Of a stretch of 64,000 bases of DNA, positions 47,882 to 56,290 are shown piece by piece. Each line of letters begins with the position of its first letter. The first letter of the stretch is position 1. Source of the stretch: an uncultured Bacteroidales bacterium. GTDB taxonomy: Bacteria > Bacteroidota > Bacteroidia > Bacteroidales > CAIWKO01. The stretch spans positions 4,869 to 68,868 of the forward strand of contig CAZVKJ010000004.1 of NCBI GenBank assembly GCA_964626855.1, written 5' to 3'. Position numbers and translations under genes: made by a program. The notes under the pieces were generated by a model. It did not search any database. It saw nothing but the letters and a program-made list of their open reading frames with translations, and was not told where the DNA came from.

Positions 47882-48025
47882 ATGAAAATATTTGACTTTT
47901 ACCCGGATAAGAATATTGATCATTAATAAAAATGTAACCTTATAATAATTGAAATGTCCTATTAATAACAAGATTTTAAACCGGGAAATATGTATTAGTT
48001 CTTATAATTATTTATTTTCGCATAG

Positions 48026-50497
48026 ATGAAGGACATGATCAGAATTTTATGCCCGTTATTGTTTATTGTTTTTTTTATTCAGGAGAATTATGCCCAGAAA
48101 AAAACAGCCCGTGCGGCCCGGTTTGCATTACCTCCTAAAATAGATGGCCTGCTGAATGATGATTGCTGGCGTTCATGCGATTCCATTGATGATTTCACCC
48201 AATATGTGCCCGTGTATAATGTAAAACCTTCGCAACAGACTGTTGTAAGGATAGGATATGATGATGAAGCTGTGTATATCAGTGCCATGTTGTATGACAG
48301 CAGCCCCGACAGCGTTTTTGCCGAAATCGGTAACCGTGATGACGACCTGAATGCAGATCATTTTTCCGTGCAATTTGATACATACAATATGCAGGAGGAT
48401 GCCTATACTTTTTTGGTATGGGCATCGGGAACACAATATGATTACAGGAAGAATGACGCTACATACAATGCTGTATGGCAGAGCGCTGTAAAGATTAATG
48501 ATCAAGGCTGGGCCTGCGAGATGAAGATCAGCTATTCAGCCCTGCGTTTTCCCAAGACCAAAGAGCAAACCTGGGGACTGCAGTTTTCGAGAGGTATACG
48601 CCGGCATCGCGAAACCGACCAGTGGGCGCTGCAAATAAAGACCAATGTTAATGCTCTGAAGGATTGGGGCGTGCTTACCGGAGTCAGCGAAGTTAAACCA
48701 CCGCTGCGCTTATCCCTTACCCCGTTTCTTTCGCTGTATGGTGATCACTATCCGTATAACGAAAAAGGAAAAAGTAATTTCTCCTATTCATTTAGCGGTG
48801 GGCTTGATCTGAAATACGGCATCAATGAAAGTTTTACACTGGATGTGACGTTGCTGCCCGATTTCAGCCAGGTACAGTCGGACTACCAGATAAAGAATAT
48901 TACCGCTTTTGAAACAGTATATGAAGATTACCGGCCATTTTTTACGGAGGCAATCGATATGTTCAAGGAGGGCGACCTGTTTTACACCCGTAGGATAGGG
49001 CGAATCCCCGATGGTTTCTTCAGCGTTTATGATTCATTGGCCGATGGCGGGATCGTGAAGAAAAATCCCGGGCAGGCCAAGCTGCTCAACGCGGTAAAAT
49101 TTTCGGGCCGTACTAAAAAAGGAACCGGCATCGGGATTTTCAATGCCCTCACCAATAACATGTATGCTGTTTTGGAGGATTCACCGGGAAATACGCGAAA
49201 AATACTAACTGAACCGCTGACGAATTACAACATTATGGTTCTTGACCAGATTCTGAAAAATAACTCGAAAATATATTTTGTCAATACCGATGTATTACGC
49301 GCAAAAAATTATGACGACGCCAATGTATCCTTGTTTGGGTTGACACTGTATGACAAAAAAAATATGTTTCAGTTTGCCGGCTCAGCGGCCATGAGCCTGA
49401 AAATTCATAAGCCCGACAGCGCCGGCGGAAAGATCAGCAATACGATGGGATTCAAAAGTGACCTTAGCTTTGGCAAGGTCAGCGGTAATTTTCAGTTCAG
49501 CATCTACAGAAATGAAATGAGCGATACCTGGGATGCCAACGATATGGGGGTTACCTTGCAGAACAACTTAACCACCACCGGATTTACGCTGAAATATAAT
49601 ATTTTTGAGCCTTTCTGGAAGTTCAGGGAAATGTACTCCCAGATCAATGTTTATTATAAGGAAAATTTTCTGGCCAAAAGGCCAGAGGAGTTCAGGATTG
49701 AACTGAGCAATAACTTTACTACAAACAAGTACCTTACCGTATGGGAAAGCATTGTCGTTAACCCGATCATAGTTTATAATTTTGCCGATACACGCGTGCC
49801 GGGGCGATTTTTCAGGATGGACAGGTGGTACTATGCCAACCTTGGTTTTTCGTCCGATTACCGCAAGACGTTTGCCCTCGACATGAACTTTGAATACTGG
49901 CAGGATATACTTGGCGATGGCCAGTATTTCGGATTGACAACGTCTCCGATCTTCAAAATAAACAAGCATTTTACATTTAAAATTACCAACAAGTATGAGG
50001 ATAACGGCAATGATGTCGGTTATGCCGATATTGATGAGCTTGACAATATTATAATCGGAAAGCGCGACATCACTACCGTTGAGAATACCATCACGGCGCG
50101 CTATATGTTTAAAAACAGCCTGTCGCTAAGCCTTACCGCAAGGCATTACTGGTCGAAAGGGCGTTACTCAGAATTTTATAAGGTGGATAATGACGGTGTG
50201 CTGATCACCGATCCCTTGTATCACCCCGGCGGCGCCTATGATTTTAATTTTAATGCCTTCAATATTGATTTGATGTTTTATTGGGAATTTGCACCTGGCA
50301 GCAGCCTGAATGTAACTTATAAAAATAACCTTGTTCATGATGGTACTGTGGTGATTCCATCATATTTCAGAAATTTCGGAAGTATATTTTCAGAAAAACA
50401 GCTAAATTCGCTCTCGGTAAAGGTCATATATTACCTGGATTATTTACAGGTGAAAAACCTGGTAAACAAGAAAAGACTGAAAAAAAACACGACATGA
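48026..50497 (+). CDS. CBM9-like / DUF5916-type outer-membrane-associated protein
   Basis: 823-aa ORF. Signal peptide, N-terminal [13 protein letters not shown] carbohydrate-binding-family-9-like region, and a long beta-rich C-terminal part. Family call is by eye. Confidence 0.55.
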   Translation: MKDMIRILCPLLFIVFFIQENYAQKKTARAARFALPPKIDGLLNDDCWRSCDSIDDFTQYVPVYNVKPSQQTVVRIGYDDEAVYISAMLYDSSPDSVFAEIGNRDDDLNADHFSVQFDTYNMQEDAYTFLVWASGTQYDYRKNDATYNAVWQSAVKINDQGWACEMKISYSALRFPKTKEQTWGLQFSRGIRRHRETDQWALQIKTNVNALKDWGVLTGVSEVKPPLRLSLTPFLSLYGDHYPYNEKGKSNFSYSFSGGLDLKYGINESFTLDVTLLPDFSQVQSDYQIKNITAFETVYEDYRPFFTEAIDMFKEGDLFYTRRIGRIPDGFFSVYDSLADGGIVKKNPGQAKLLNAVKFSGRTKKGTGIGIFNALTNNMYAVLEDSPGNTRKILTEPLTNYNIMVLDQILKNNSKIYFVNTDVLRAKNYDDANVSLFGLTLYDKKNMFQFAGSAAMSLKIHKPDSAGGKISNTMGFKSDLSFGKVSGNFQFSIYRNEMSDTWDANDMGVTLQNNLTTTGFTLKYNIFEPFWKFREMYSQINVYYKENFLAKRPEEFRIELSNNFTTNKYLTVWESIVVNPIIVYNFADTRVPGRFFRMDRWYYANLGFSSDYRKTFALDMNFEYWQDILGDGQYFGLTTSPIFKINKHFTFKITNKYEDNGNDVGYADIDELDNIIIGKRDITTVENTITARYMFKNSLSLSLTARHYWSKGRYSEFYKVDNDGVLITDPLYHPGGAYDFNFNAFNIDLMFYWEFAPGSSLNVTYKNNLVHDGTVVIPSYFRNFGSIFSEKQLNSLSVKVIYYLDYLQVKNLVNKKRLKKNTT

Positions 50498-51147
50498 TAA
50501 AGGCAGCAGGTATTCAAAAATCATATGGTACGCTTAAAGTTTTAAAGGGCATTGATCTAAATATTGCCAAGGGCGAAATTGTTGCAATATCAGGCGCTTC
50601 AGGCGCCGGTAAAACGACCTTGCTGCAAATTATAGGCACGCTCGACCGGGCCGATTCCGGCTCTGTTGAAATCAATGGCACCAGAATAAGTACGCTGAAC
50701 GATAAAAAGCTTGCGGCCTTCCGTAACCGGCATATAGGTTTTGTATTTCAGTTTCATCATTTGCTTCCGGAGTTCACCGCTTTTGAAAATGTATGCATTC
50801 CTGCTTATATTGCAAAGGCTTCCAGAAAAGATGCGGAGGGCAGGGCAAAAGAAATCCTGGGTTTTTTGGGGCTTACTGAACGCTTGTCACATAAGCCGGC
50901 CCAGTTGTCGGGCGGTGAGCAGCAGCGTGTGGCCGTGGCGCGTGCCCTCATCAATAACCCGGATATAGTCCTTGCCGATGAGCCCTCAGGAAACCTGGAT
51001 TCAGAAAATGCCAAAGAACTTCACAAACTGTTTTTTGATCTGAGGGATAAGTTTAACCAGACCTTTGTAATTGTAACCCATAACATGGAATTCGCGGGCA
51101 TGTCTGACCGCACGCTGTTTATGAAGGACGGGCTGATACAGCAATAA
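50494..51147 (+). CDS. ABC transporter ATP-binding protein (LolD/MacB-type)
   Basis: 217 aa. Walker [10 protein letters not shown], signature LSGGEQQR, Walker B IVLADEP. ATGA overlap with the upstream gene. Confidence 0.85.
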   Translation: MIKAAGIQKSYGTLKVLKGIDLNIAKGEIVAISGASGAGKTTLLQIIGTLDRADSGSVEINGTRISTLNDKKLAAFRNRHIGFVFQFHHLLPEFTAFENVCIPAYIAKASRKDAEGRAKEILGFLGLTERLSHKPAQLSGGEQQRVAVARALINNPDIVLADEPSGNLDSENAKELHKLFFDLRDKFNQTFVIVTHNMEFAGMSDRTLFMKDGLIQQ

Positions 51148-51280
51148 TTTTCTTGAAAGATATGAACTATTGGTGGCAAACTATCATTGTCCGTATGCTG
51201 ATTTATTGGACTTATTGAATTGTCTGGCGGTGGGGCGGCTGCTAGATTAGCCATCGTTTATTTTCTCAAATCTCTTTCAT

Positions 51281-52174
51281 TTAATAATTGAAATTCATAT
51301 TAATATTAGCCAATTTTTCTTCAAAAACCTTTTCTACCAGATAAGGTGCGGTTTTGTATATCAAATATGTCCTCCGGAATATTCCATGATGCGTTTCTAA
51401 TTCATACCATGTGATAAAACATTTATCTGGTAGCATTTTGATTTTAATATACGAATCAATTTCAAATAAATTTATACTATCAATAATTTTAAAGGTAAAA
51501 AGTTGAAAAGATGGTTTTTCTGTTCCAAATCCCATAAAAGAATAATTATTATCTTTATAATCTTCTATAATTTTAATCATCTCCGAATCCGAACAAATAA
51601 CATATCTCTGAGCTTCAAGTGAGTGCCATTTTAATGCAAACAATTCTCCCATTTGATTAAACAAAAGGTATTGTAAAAATCCTTCTTCAGTATTATCAGG
51701 TGTTACATTATTAAAAGCTCTCCTCTGAGGGTTATCAAGAAAATTGTTGAAGAAGAGACGTCGGTTGTTTTCCACAGAATCCTTATTTGGAACATTCTTT
51801 TCAATAATTTTTTGCCCAATATATTTATTAAGATCAAAATCTTTTTCTTTAACGTATATAATCGGGGTACCATCTAAGAAATAATCGGCAAAATACACTG
51901 AACATTCAAATCCTTGGCGTATCTTAAGTTTATCAAACATTTGCATATAGACATCAATATCAAATGTTGATGAATCAATAATATTTGGCATATAATAAGT
52001 ATTCGTTTCAGATGTGTCCCTGCATATTTCCACTGAATCTTGATAAGCTTGAACTTTTTTTATAAAATCACAATAATTCTGCGCTTCGATATAATGCGTC
52101 AACAATAAAATGGACAGGAAACAAATTAAAATTTCCTTTATAAAAAGTTTTTGCTTTGATTTTCTTTGTTTCAT
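51281..52174 (-). CDS. hypothetical secreted protein (AT-rich islet gene 3)
   Basis: 297-aa ORF with a signal-like ILICFLSILLLTHYIEAQ. No recognisable motifs. Preceded by the duplicated ~180-bp module. Confidence 0.5.
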   Translation of the reverse strand: MKQRKSKQKLFIKEILICFLSILLLTHYIEAQNYCDFIKKVQAYQDSVEICRDTSETNTYYMPNIIDSSTFDIDVYMQMFDKLKIRQGFECSVYFADYFLDGTPIIYVKEKDFDLNKYIGQKIIEKNVPNKDSVENNRRLFFNNFLDNPQRRAFNNVTPDNTEEGFLQYLLFNQMGELFALKWHSLEAQRYVICSDSEMIKIIEDYKDNNYSFMGFGTEKPSFQLFTFKIIDSINLFEIDSYIKIKMLPDKCFITWYELETHHGIFRRTYLIYKTAPYLVEKVFEEKLANINMNFNY

Positions 52175-52195
52175 AGACTTTTAAATGGTTTCTAA

Positions 52196-52376
52196 TAGTC
52201 AGTGCATGCTTCCTATGCCGCCACTGCCCCGTTAAAATTTCATATAAAGATACAGCATTATTTATCAATTTGGACGTGTCTTCTGAAATTTTTTCGGAGG
52301 TATGGAAACAAATATTTTGTTAGTAGTCAGAGACTACTTATTATTAAGTCCGAAGTCGCAGACTTCGGACAACAAG
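52196..52376 (-). repeat. ~180-bp duplicated upstream module (copy 1)
   Basis: About 85% identical by eye to 54075-54251. Read on the minus strand it runs: hairpin GTCCGAAGTCtgcGACTTCGGAC, then hairpin AGTAGTCtctGACTACT, then a conserved ~120 nt ending ~22 nt before the ATG. Confidence 0.75.
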
Positions 52377-52407
52377 TTACCACCAGTTATTCTTTCAATT
52401 CCAAATG

Positions 52408-52995
52408 TCATAGTTTTTCAATTTGGTCAATTATAGCCTTAAACAGGCAATAAACATCTTGCATCTCATTCAACGAATTCACAGAGCGGCCAACCATTCC
52501 CATAATTTTTAATTGTTTTGATTCTCTTTCACATGATATTGAAAAAATATTTGTTTTCAGGATTAAAGGAATTATTGAATCTGCATTTAGGATGTTTTTA
52601 ATTATCCTTTTATCAGAACCTTTAACTAAATATTTTTTGTCAAAATCAGGATTAGAAATCTCAATATCATGGTTGCTAAAAACCTTTAAAAATCTGTCAG
52701 CAAAATCTTCTTGGGTAATAGTAAAGTCAACATTCTTGTCTGAATTGATTATGCAAACCACTTTAAAAGGGTGGGTGTCCGATTCGTTAAACTCAATCTG
52801 TCCGTTTTCAAAAGGAACTATCAAATTGAATAAAGTCAAATCTCTTGAAACAGTTTGTTTCACCTTAAATGATCCACCTGTCTGTTTTGCAAAGTCAGTC
52901 CAGAACGACTGTTTTGCAGAAACATCAACAAACCCTTTTGTCTGGGTTACAAATAATTGTCTCAAAATATTGTCTGTTGGTTTCTTCACTTTCAT
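52408..52995 (-). CDS. hypothetical protein (AT-rich islet gene 2)
   Basis: Start moved to MKVKKPTDN at 52995. The longer ORF would read through a GC-rich structured intergenic element. No signal peptide and no recognisable motifs. Confidence 0.45.
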   Translation of the reverse strand: MKVKKPTDNILRQLFVTQTKGFVDVSAKQSFWTDFAKQTGGSFKVKQTVSRDLTLFNLIVPFENGQIEFNESDTHPFKVVCIINSDKNVDFTITQEDFADRFLKVFSNHDIEISNPDFDKKYLVKGSDKRIIKNILNADSIIPLILKTNIFSISCERESKQLKIMGMVGRSVNSLNEMQDVYCLFKAIIDQIEKL

Positions 52996-53146
52996 ATAAT
53001 TGGTGGTAACGGTGGGGGCTTTGCAGCGGGCGGAACTTGAACATTCCCGCCGACTCACCCCGTCCATAAAGTTAATTAATATTTCCATTCGTTTCAGTTT
53101 TTTCCCGTTTTCAGCCGGAGGCAAGGCCACTGTGTTGTATGCCGTT

Positions 53147-54046
53147 TTATTTCCTATATTTTGTAAAAATTTTTTTCAATATTTTCTCATTCTTTGAATA
53201 TTTGTAAAAATTTTCCTCTTTTAATAAAGAACCTAGGACTAAATCATTAATTTTCTCATTATCTTGATTTGTTTCAGATAAACATGTTAAGTGATTTAAA
53301 AGAGTTTCATAATATTTATCAATATAGTAGTCCTTATAACTTTGAACCTTTTCTTGAGATTCAATATTAATTTGAAAATCAGGAAAATTTAAATCTAAAT
53401 ATTGATAATAAGGAAGCGAATTGAACCTTGGGAACTTATTGATAATCTCCATCGCTAAATCATACTTTGGGGGTTTTGCTATATTTATAAATCCCCATAT
53501 TTGAAGTCCACAGAGTCTCATTACCTCTAGAAAAAATATTGATTTTTCTGTATCATCCTTTAACCCGTATGAATTTAAATCAAAATTAATTTTTGACATG
53601 TCAAAAGGCTTTACTTTATTCCCGTAACAAGCAAAGAGCATTGAATAATAATTATCTACCAAATCTTGGGACAATAGGTTCTTGTTTTCCAAATCTTTTA
53701 TTATCTCATTGTTGTTTCTTGGATTGTCTTCTCTCAGATTATAATTAATGTGAACAATAATATACAAGAATTTCAAATCAACATCACTTGGTCTTTTCAA
53801 ATATGTGTCTGACAATATTGAACTATTTTCTCGTATTGCCTCTCGGATAAATTTAGCAGGATATGCTAACGTTGTTGAATCATATTTATTTAAACTTTCT
53901 AGGAATTCAGATGGGGGATTATTTCTAAACATAAATTGTCTATATGCTTTTCCTAATTCAATTAATCCATCATTAATTTGTCCAAATGAAATCTGAGAGG
54001 TAAAAATCAGAATTCCGATAAAGCTTTTTAATATTTTCTTTGTCAT
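53147..54046 (-). CDS. hypothetical secreted protein (AT-rich islet gene 1)
   Basis: 299-aa ORF with signal MTKKILKSFIGILIFTSQISFGQ. Preceded by copy 2 of the duplicated module. Confidence 0.5.
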   Translation of the reverse strand: MTKKILKSFIGILIFTSQISFGQINDGLIELGKAYRQFMFRNNPPSEFLESLNKYDSTTLAYPAKFIREAIRENSSILSDTYLKRPSDVDLKFLYIIVHINYNLREDNPRNNNEIIKDLENKNLLSQDLVDNYYSMLFACYGNKVKPFDMSKINFDLNSYGLKDDTEKSIFFLEVMRLCGLQIWGFINIAKPPKYDLAMEIINKFPRFNSLPYYQYLDLNFPDFQINIESQEKVQSYKDYYIDKYYETLLNHLTCLSETNQDNEKINDLVLGSLLKEENFYKYSKNEKILKKIFTKYRK

Positions 54047-54074
54047 ATTTTAGTTATTTATGTCTTTTTACTAC

Positions 54075-54251
54075 TAGTCAGTGTCTGCTTTCTATGCCGC
54101 CCAACCCCGTTAAAATTTCATATAAAGATACGGCATTATTAATCAATCTTGACATATCTTATTAAATTTTCGGCGTGGTGGAATCAAAATGTTGTTAGTA
54201 GTCAAAGACTACTTTTTATTAAGTCCGAAGTCGCAGACTTCGGACAACAAG
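54075..54251 (-). repeat. ~180-bp duplicated upstream module (copy 2)
   Basis: See 52196-52376. It has the same two hairpins and the same conserved leader, ending ~28 nt before ATG 54046. Confidence 0.75.
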
Positions 54252-54317
54252 GTGCAAATATTTTTGTTGATATTCTTTTGAAAAAACAGTAGAAACAGCA
54301 TCAGAAGCGAGCGGGGT

Positions 54318-54674
54318 CTATTTCAGCAATATTTCATTTATTGCCCTGGTAAACTCGGCTTTGGGCATGGCGCCCATGCTCATCTGCGGCTGGCCATTCA
54401 ACGGGCAGAATAATATACTCGGGATGCTCTGAATGCCGAATGCTGCCGACAGTTCCTCTTCTTCTTCAGTGTTCACCTTGTAAATATCAACTTTGCCTGC
54501 AAACTCTTTTGATAATTCTTCCAGGATGGGGGCCACCATTTTGCATGGTCCGCACCAGTCGGCATAAAAATCAATGATACAAGGCAAAGTTCCCTTGAAT
54601 TTCCATTCGGTCTCCGCTTCATAATCGAATACCTTTTCTTTAAATGATTCTTTTGTCAAGTGTTCCATATCCAA
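54318..54674 (-). CDS. thioredoxin
   Basis: 118 aa, with the WCGPCK active site in a typical thioredoxin context. Confidence 0.9.
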   Translation of the reverse strand: MDMEHLTKESFKEKVFDYEAETEWKFKGTLPCIIDFYADWCGPCKMVAPILEELSKEFAGKVDIYKVNTEEEEELSAAFGIQSIPSILFCPLNGQPQMSMGAMPKAEFTRAINEILLK

Positions 54675-54728
54675 ACTAATTAACTAATCACTAATTAACT
54701 ATTAACTATTAACTTAATAACTATCCTC

Positions 54729-55361
54729 CTAATCACTGATCGCTGGCGCCTTACAAATATAACTCTTATCTTCCACCTGGTCAACAAAAAACGTTGCCAG
54801 GTCAGCACGCGAAACCATCAGGTTTATTTTATCTTTACCATAATATCCCACATGCTTAATACCCTTTGCCGGTGCATTGGTCAGGATGGCGAGCCTCACC
54901 AGGGTCCAGTCCAGACCGGAATCCCTGATAATTTTGCCAATACTTCTGATTTCGTGGTACGCTCCTGGAATAACTTTTTTTACAATGCTCACCAAAAGCC
55001 TGAATTTAAAAGGTTTTGCATCATTTTCCTCATCAACGCTGGCGGTGCCCATGGCAACCAGCCTGCGGACATGGTGCTTTTTCATGGCATCGACAAGGTT
55101 TTGTGTGCCTTCGCTCAATTCCGTGGTTTTTACATTTGTACTGGCACCAAGGATGCTGATCACAGCATCCGCGCCGTTTATGGCAGATTCAATTTTTGAA
55201 ATATCGCTCAATGTTCCTTTTATCACCGTTAAGTGTTCATCCTGGAAAGTAATCTTTTCAGGGCTTCTGGCGTAAGCAACCACATCATAACCTTTAGAAA
55301 GAGCATATTTTACAATCAGTTGCCCCGATGGGCCTGTTGAACCAAATACGGCTATTTTCAT
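54729..55361 (-). CDS. NAD(P)H-binding atypical SDR (NmrA/BVR-B-like)
   Basis: 210 aa, with an N-terminal Rossmann motif MKIAVFGSTGPSGQ. Confidence 0.75.
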   Translation of the reverse strand: MKIAVFGSTGPSGQLIVKYALSKGYDVVAYARSPEKITFQDEHLTVIKGTLSDISKIESAINGADAVISILGASTNVKTTELSEGTQNLVDAMKKHHVRRLVAMGTASVDEENDAKPFKFRLLVSIVKKVIPGAYHEIRSIGKIIRDSGLDWTLVRLAILTNAPAKGIKHVGYYGKDKINLMVSRADLATFFVDQVEDKSYICKAPAISD

Positions 55362-55370
55362 GCAATTTTA

Positions 55371-56045
55371 TTATTGGTAAACCGGGAAAGATATCGTGTG
55401 TTTTTCATTGTATTTCAGCAGGAAGTGATGAATCATTTTCCGCTTCTGCCGGGTTTTCTGTAATTCCTGGTAAAGCTCTTCATCATGTGCTTTCAGGAAA
55501 TCGCTGAAATCTTTATAGTTAAAAAGAAACGTAGTGCCTGTATTAAAATCCAGGAGATATTCCGTATAATCATTTGACGGCCCGACATAAGCAACAGGTT
55601 GCGGCGACATGAAAAGATCGTGCTGCATATCATCTTTATTGTATGCCATAAAGTGTGACAATGCCCCGACAATAAACATACGATAAAAATACCCCGTGTA
55701 ACCCTGGCTAAAATACAGTATGCCGTTTTTACAATAGCCGAAACACTTGTCGAGGGTGCAGGTTTTTTTGCTTCCGATAGAATCAGGGCAGGGGTATCTT
55801 AGAATGATACTGCCTTCCTCACCATAAATTTTGTCCTTTATAACTTCAAAATCAGGAAGCGAGGGCTTGTTGTTTTTGAATTCCTTAAAACTCTGGTATA
55901 TGCCGTCGTTGAATTTAAAATCGCGGGAATATTTTACAAAGGTGGTGTCGTTTTGTGCGGAGAGACGCGAAAACAGAGGACAAATAATTAAAATTGCCAG
56001 TACGGTTCTTAGTGCCAATATCTTGACATGGCCATGTTTGAGCAT
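55371..56045 (-). CDS. hypothetical secreted/membrane-anchored protein
   Basis: An ORF of up to 241 aa. The preferred start is MLKHGHVKILALRTVLAILIICPLFSRLSAQ at 56045, but this is uncertain. Confidence 0.45.
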   Translation of the reverse strand: MLKHGHVKILALRTVLAILIICPLFSRLSAQNDTTFVKYSRDFKFNDGIYQSFKEFKNNKPSLPDFEVIKDKIYGEEGSIILRYPCPDSIGSKKTCTLDKCFGYCKNGILYFSQGYTGYFYRMFIVGALSHFMAYNKDDMQHDLFMSPQPVAYVGPSNDYTEYLLDFNTGTTFLFNYKDFSDFLKAHDEELYQELQKTRQKRKMIHHFLLKYNEKHTISFPVYQ

Positions 56046-56170
56046 ATGTTTGCAGTAGATTGAAGCCAAAACAGTTTCGGTTTGATTTATAAACAAAATT
56101 ACAAATTTAATTTTTATCGGACCTAATTAGTGTCAATAAGAAAACTCCTGTTTGTAAAATGAAATGTCAA

Positions 56171-56272
56171 GTTTGAGGAGGAAGAAGTTCTGAAAACCGC
56201 AGCAAACTGAGCGTATATGAGGATTTGAACAACGAAGACAAACAATGAAATTTGAAGTTTTTGGAGGTGCCC
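56171..56272 (-). repeat. second copy of the lpxD-3' element, 3' of the HExxH protein gene
   Basis: The reverse complement, GGGCACCTCCAAAAACTTCAAATTTCATTGTTTGTCTTCGTTGTTCAAATCCTCATATACGCTCAGTTTGCTGCGGTTTTCAGAACTTC..., aligns with 21745-21845. The right-hand inverted repeat is absent. Confidence 0.55.
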
Positions 56273-56290
56273 TATTATTTGAGCGGAAAT

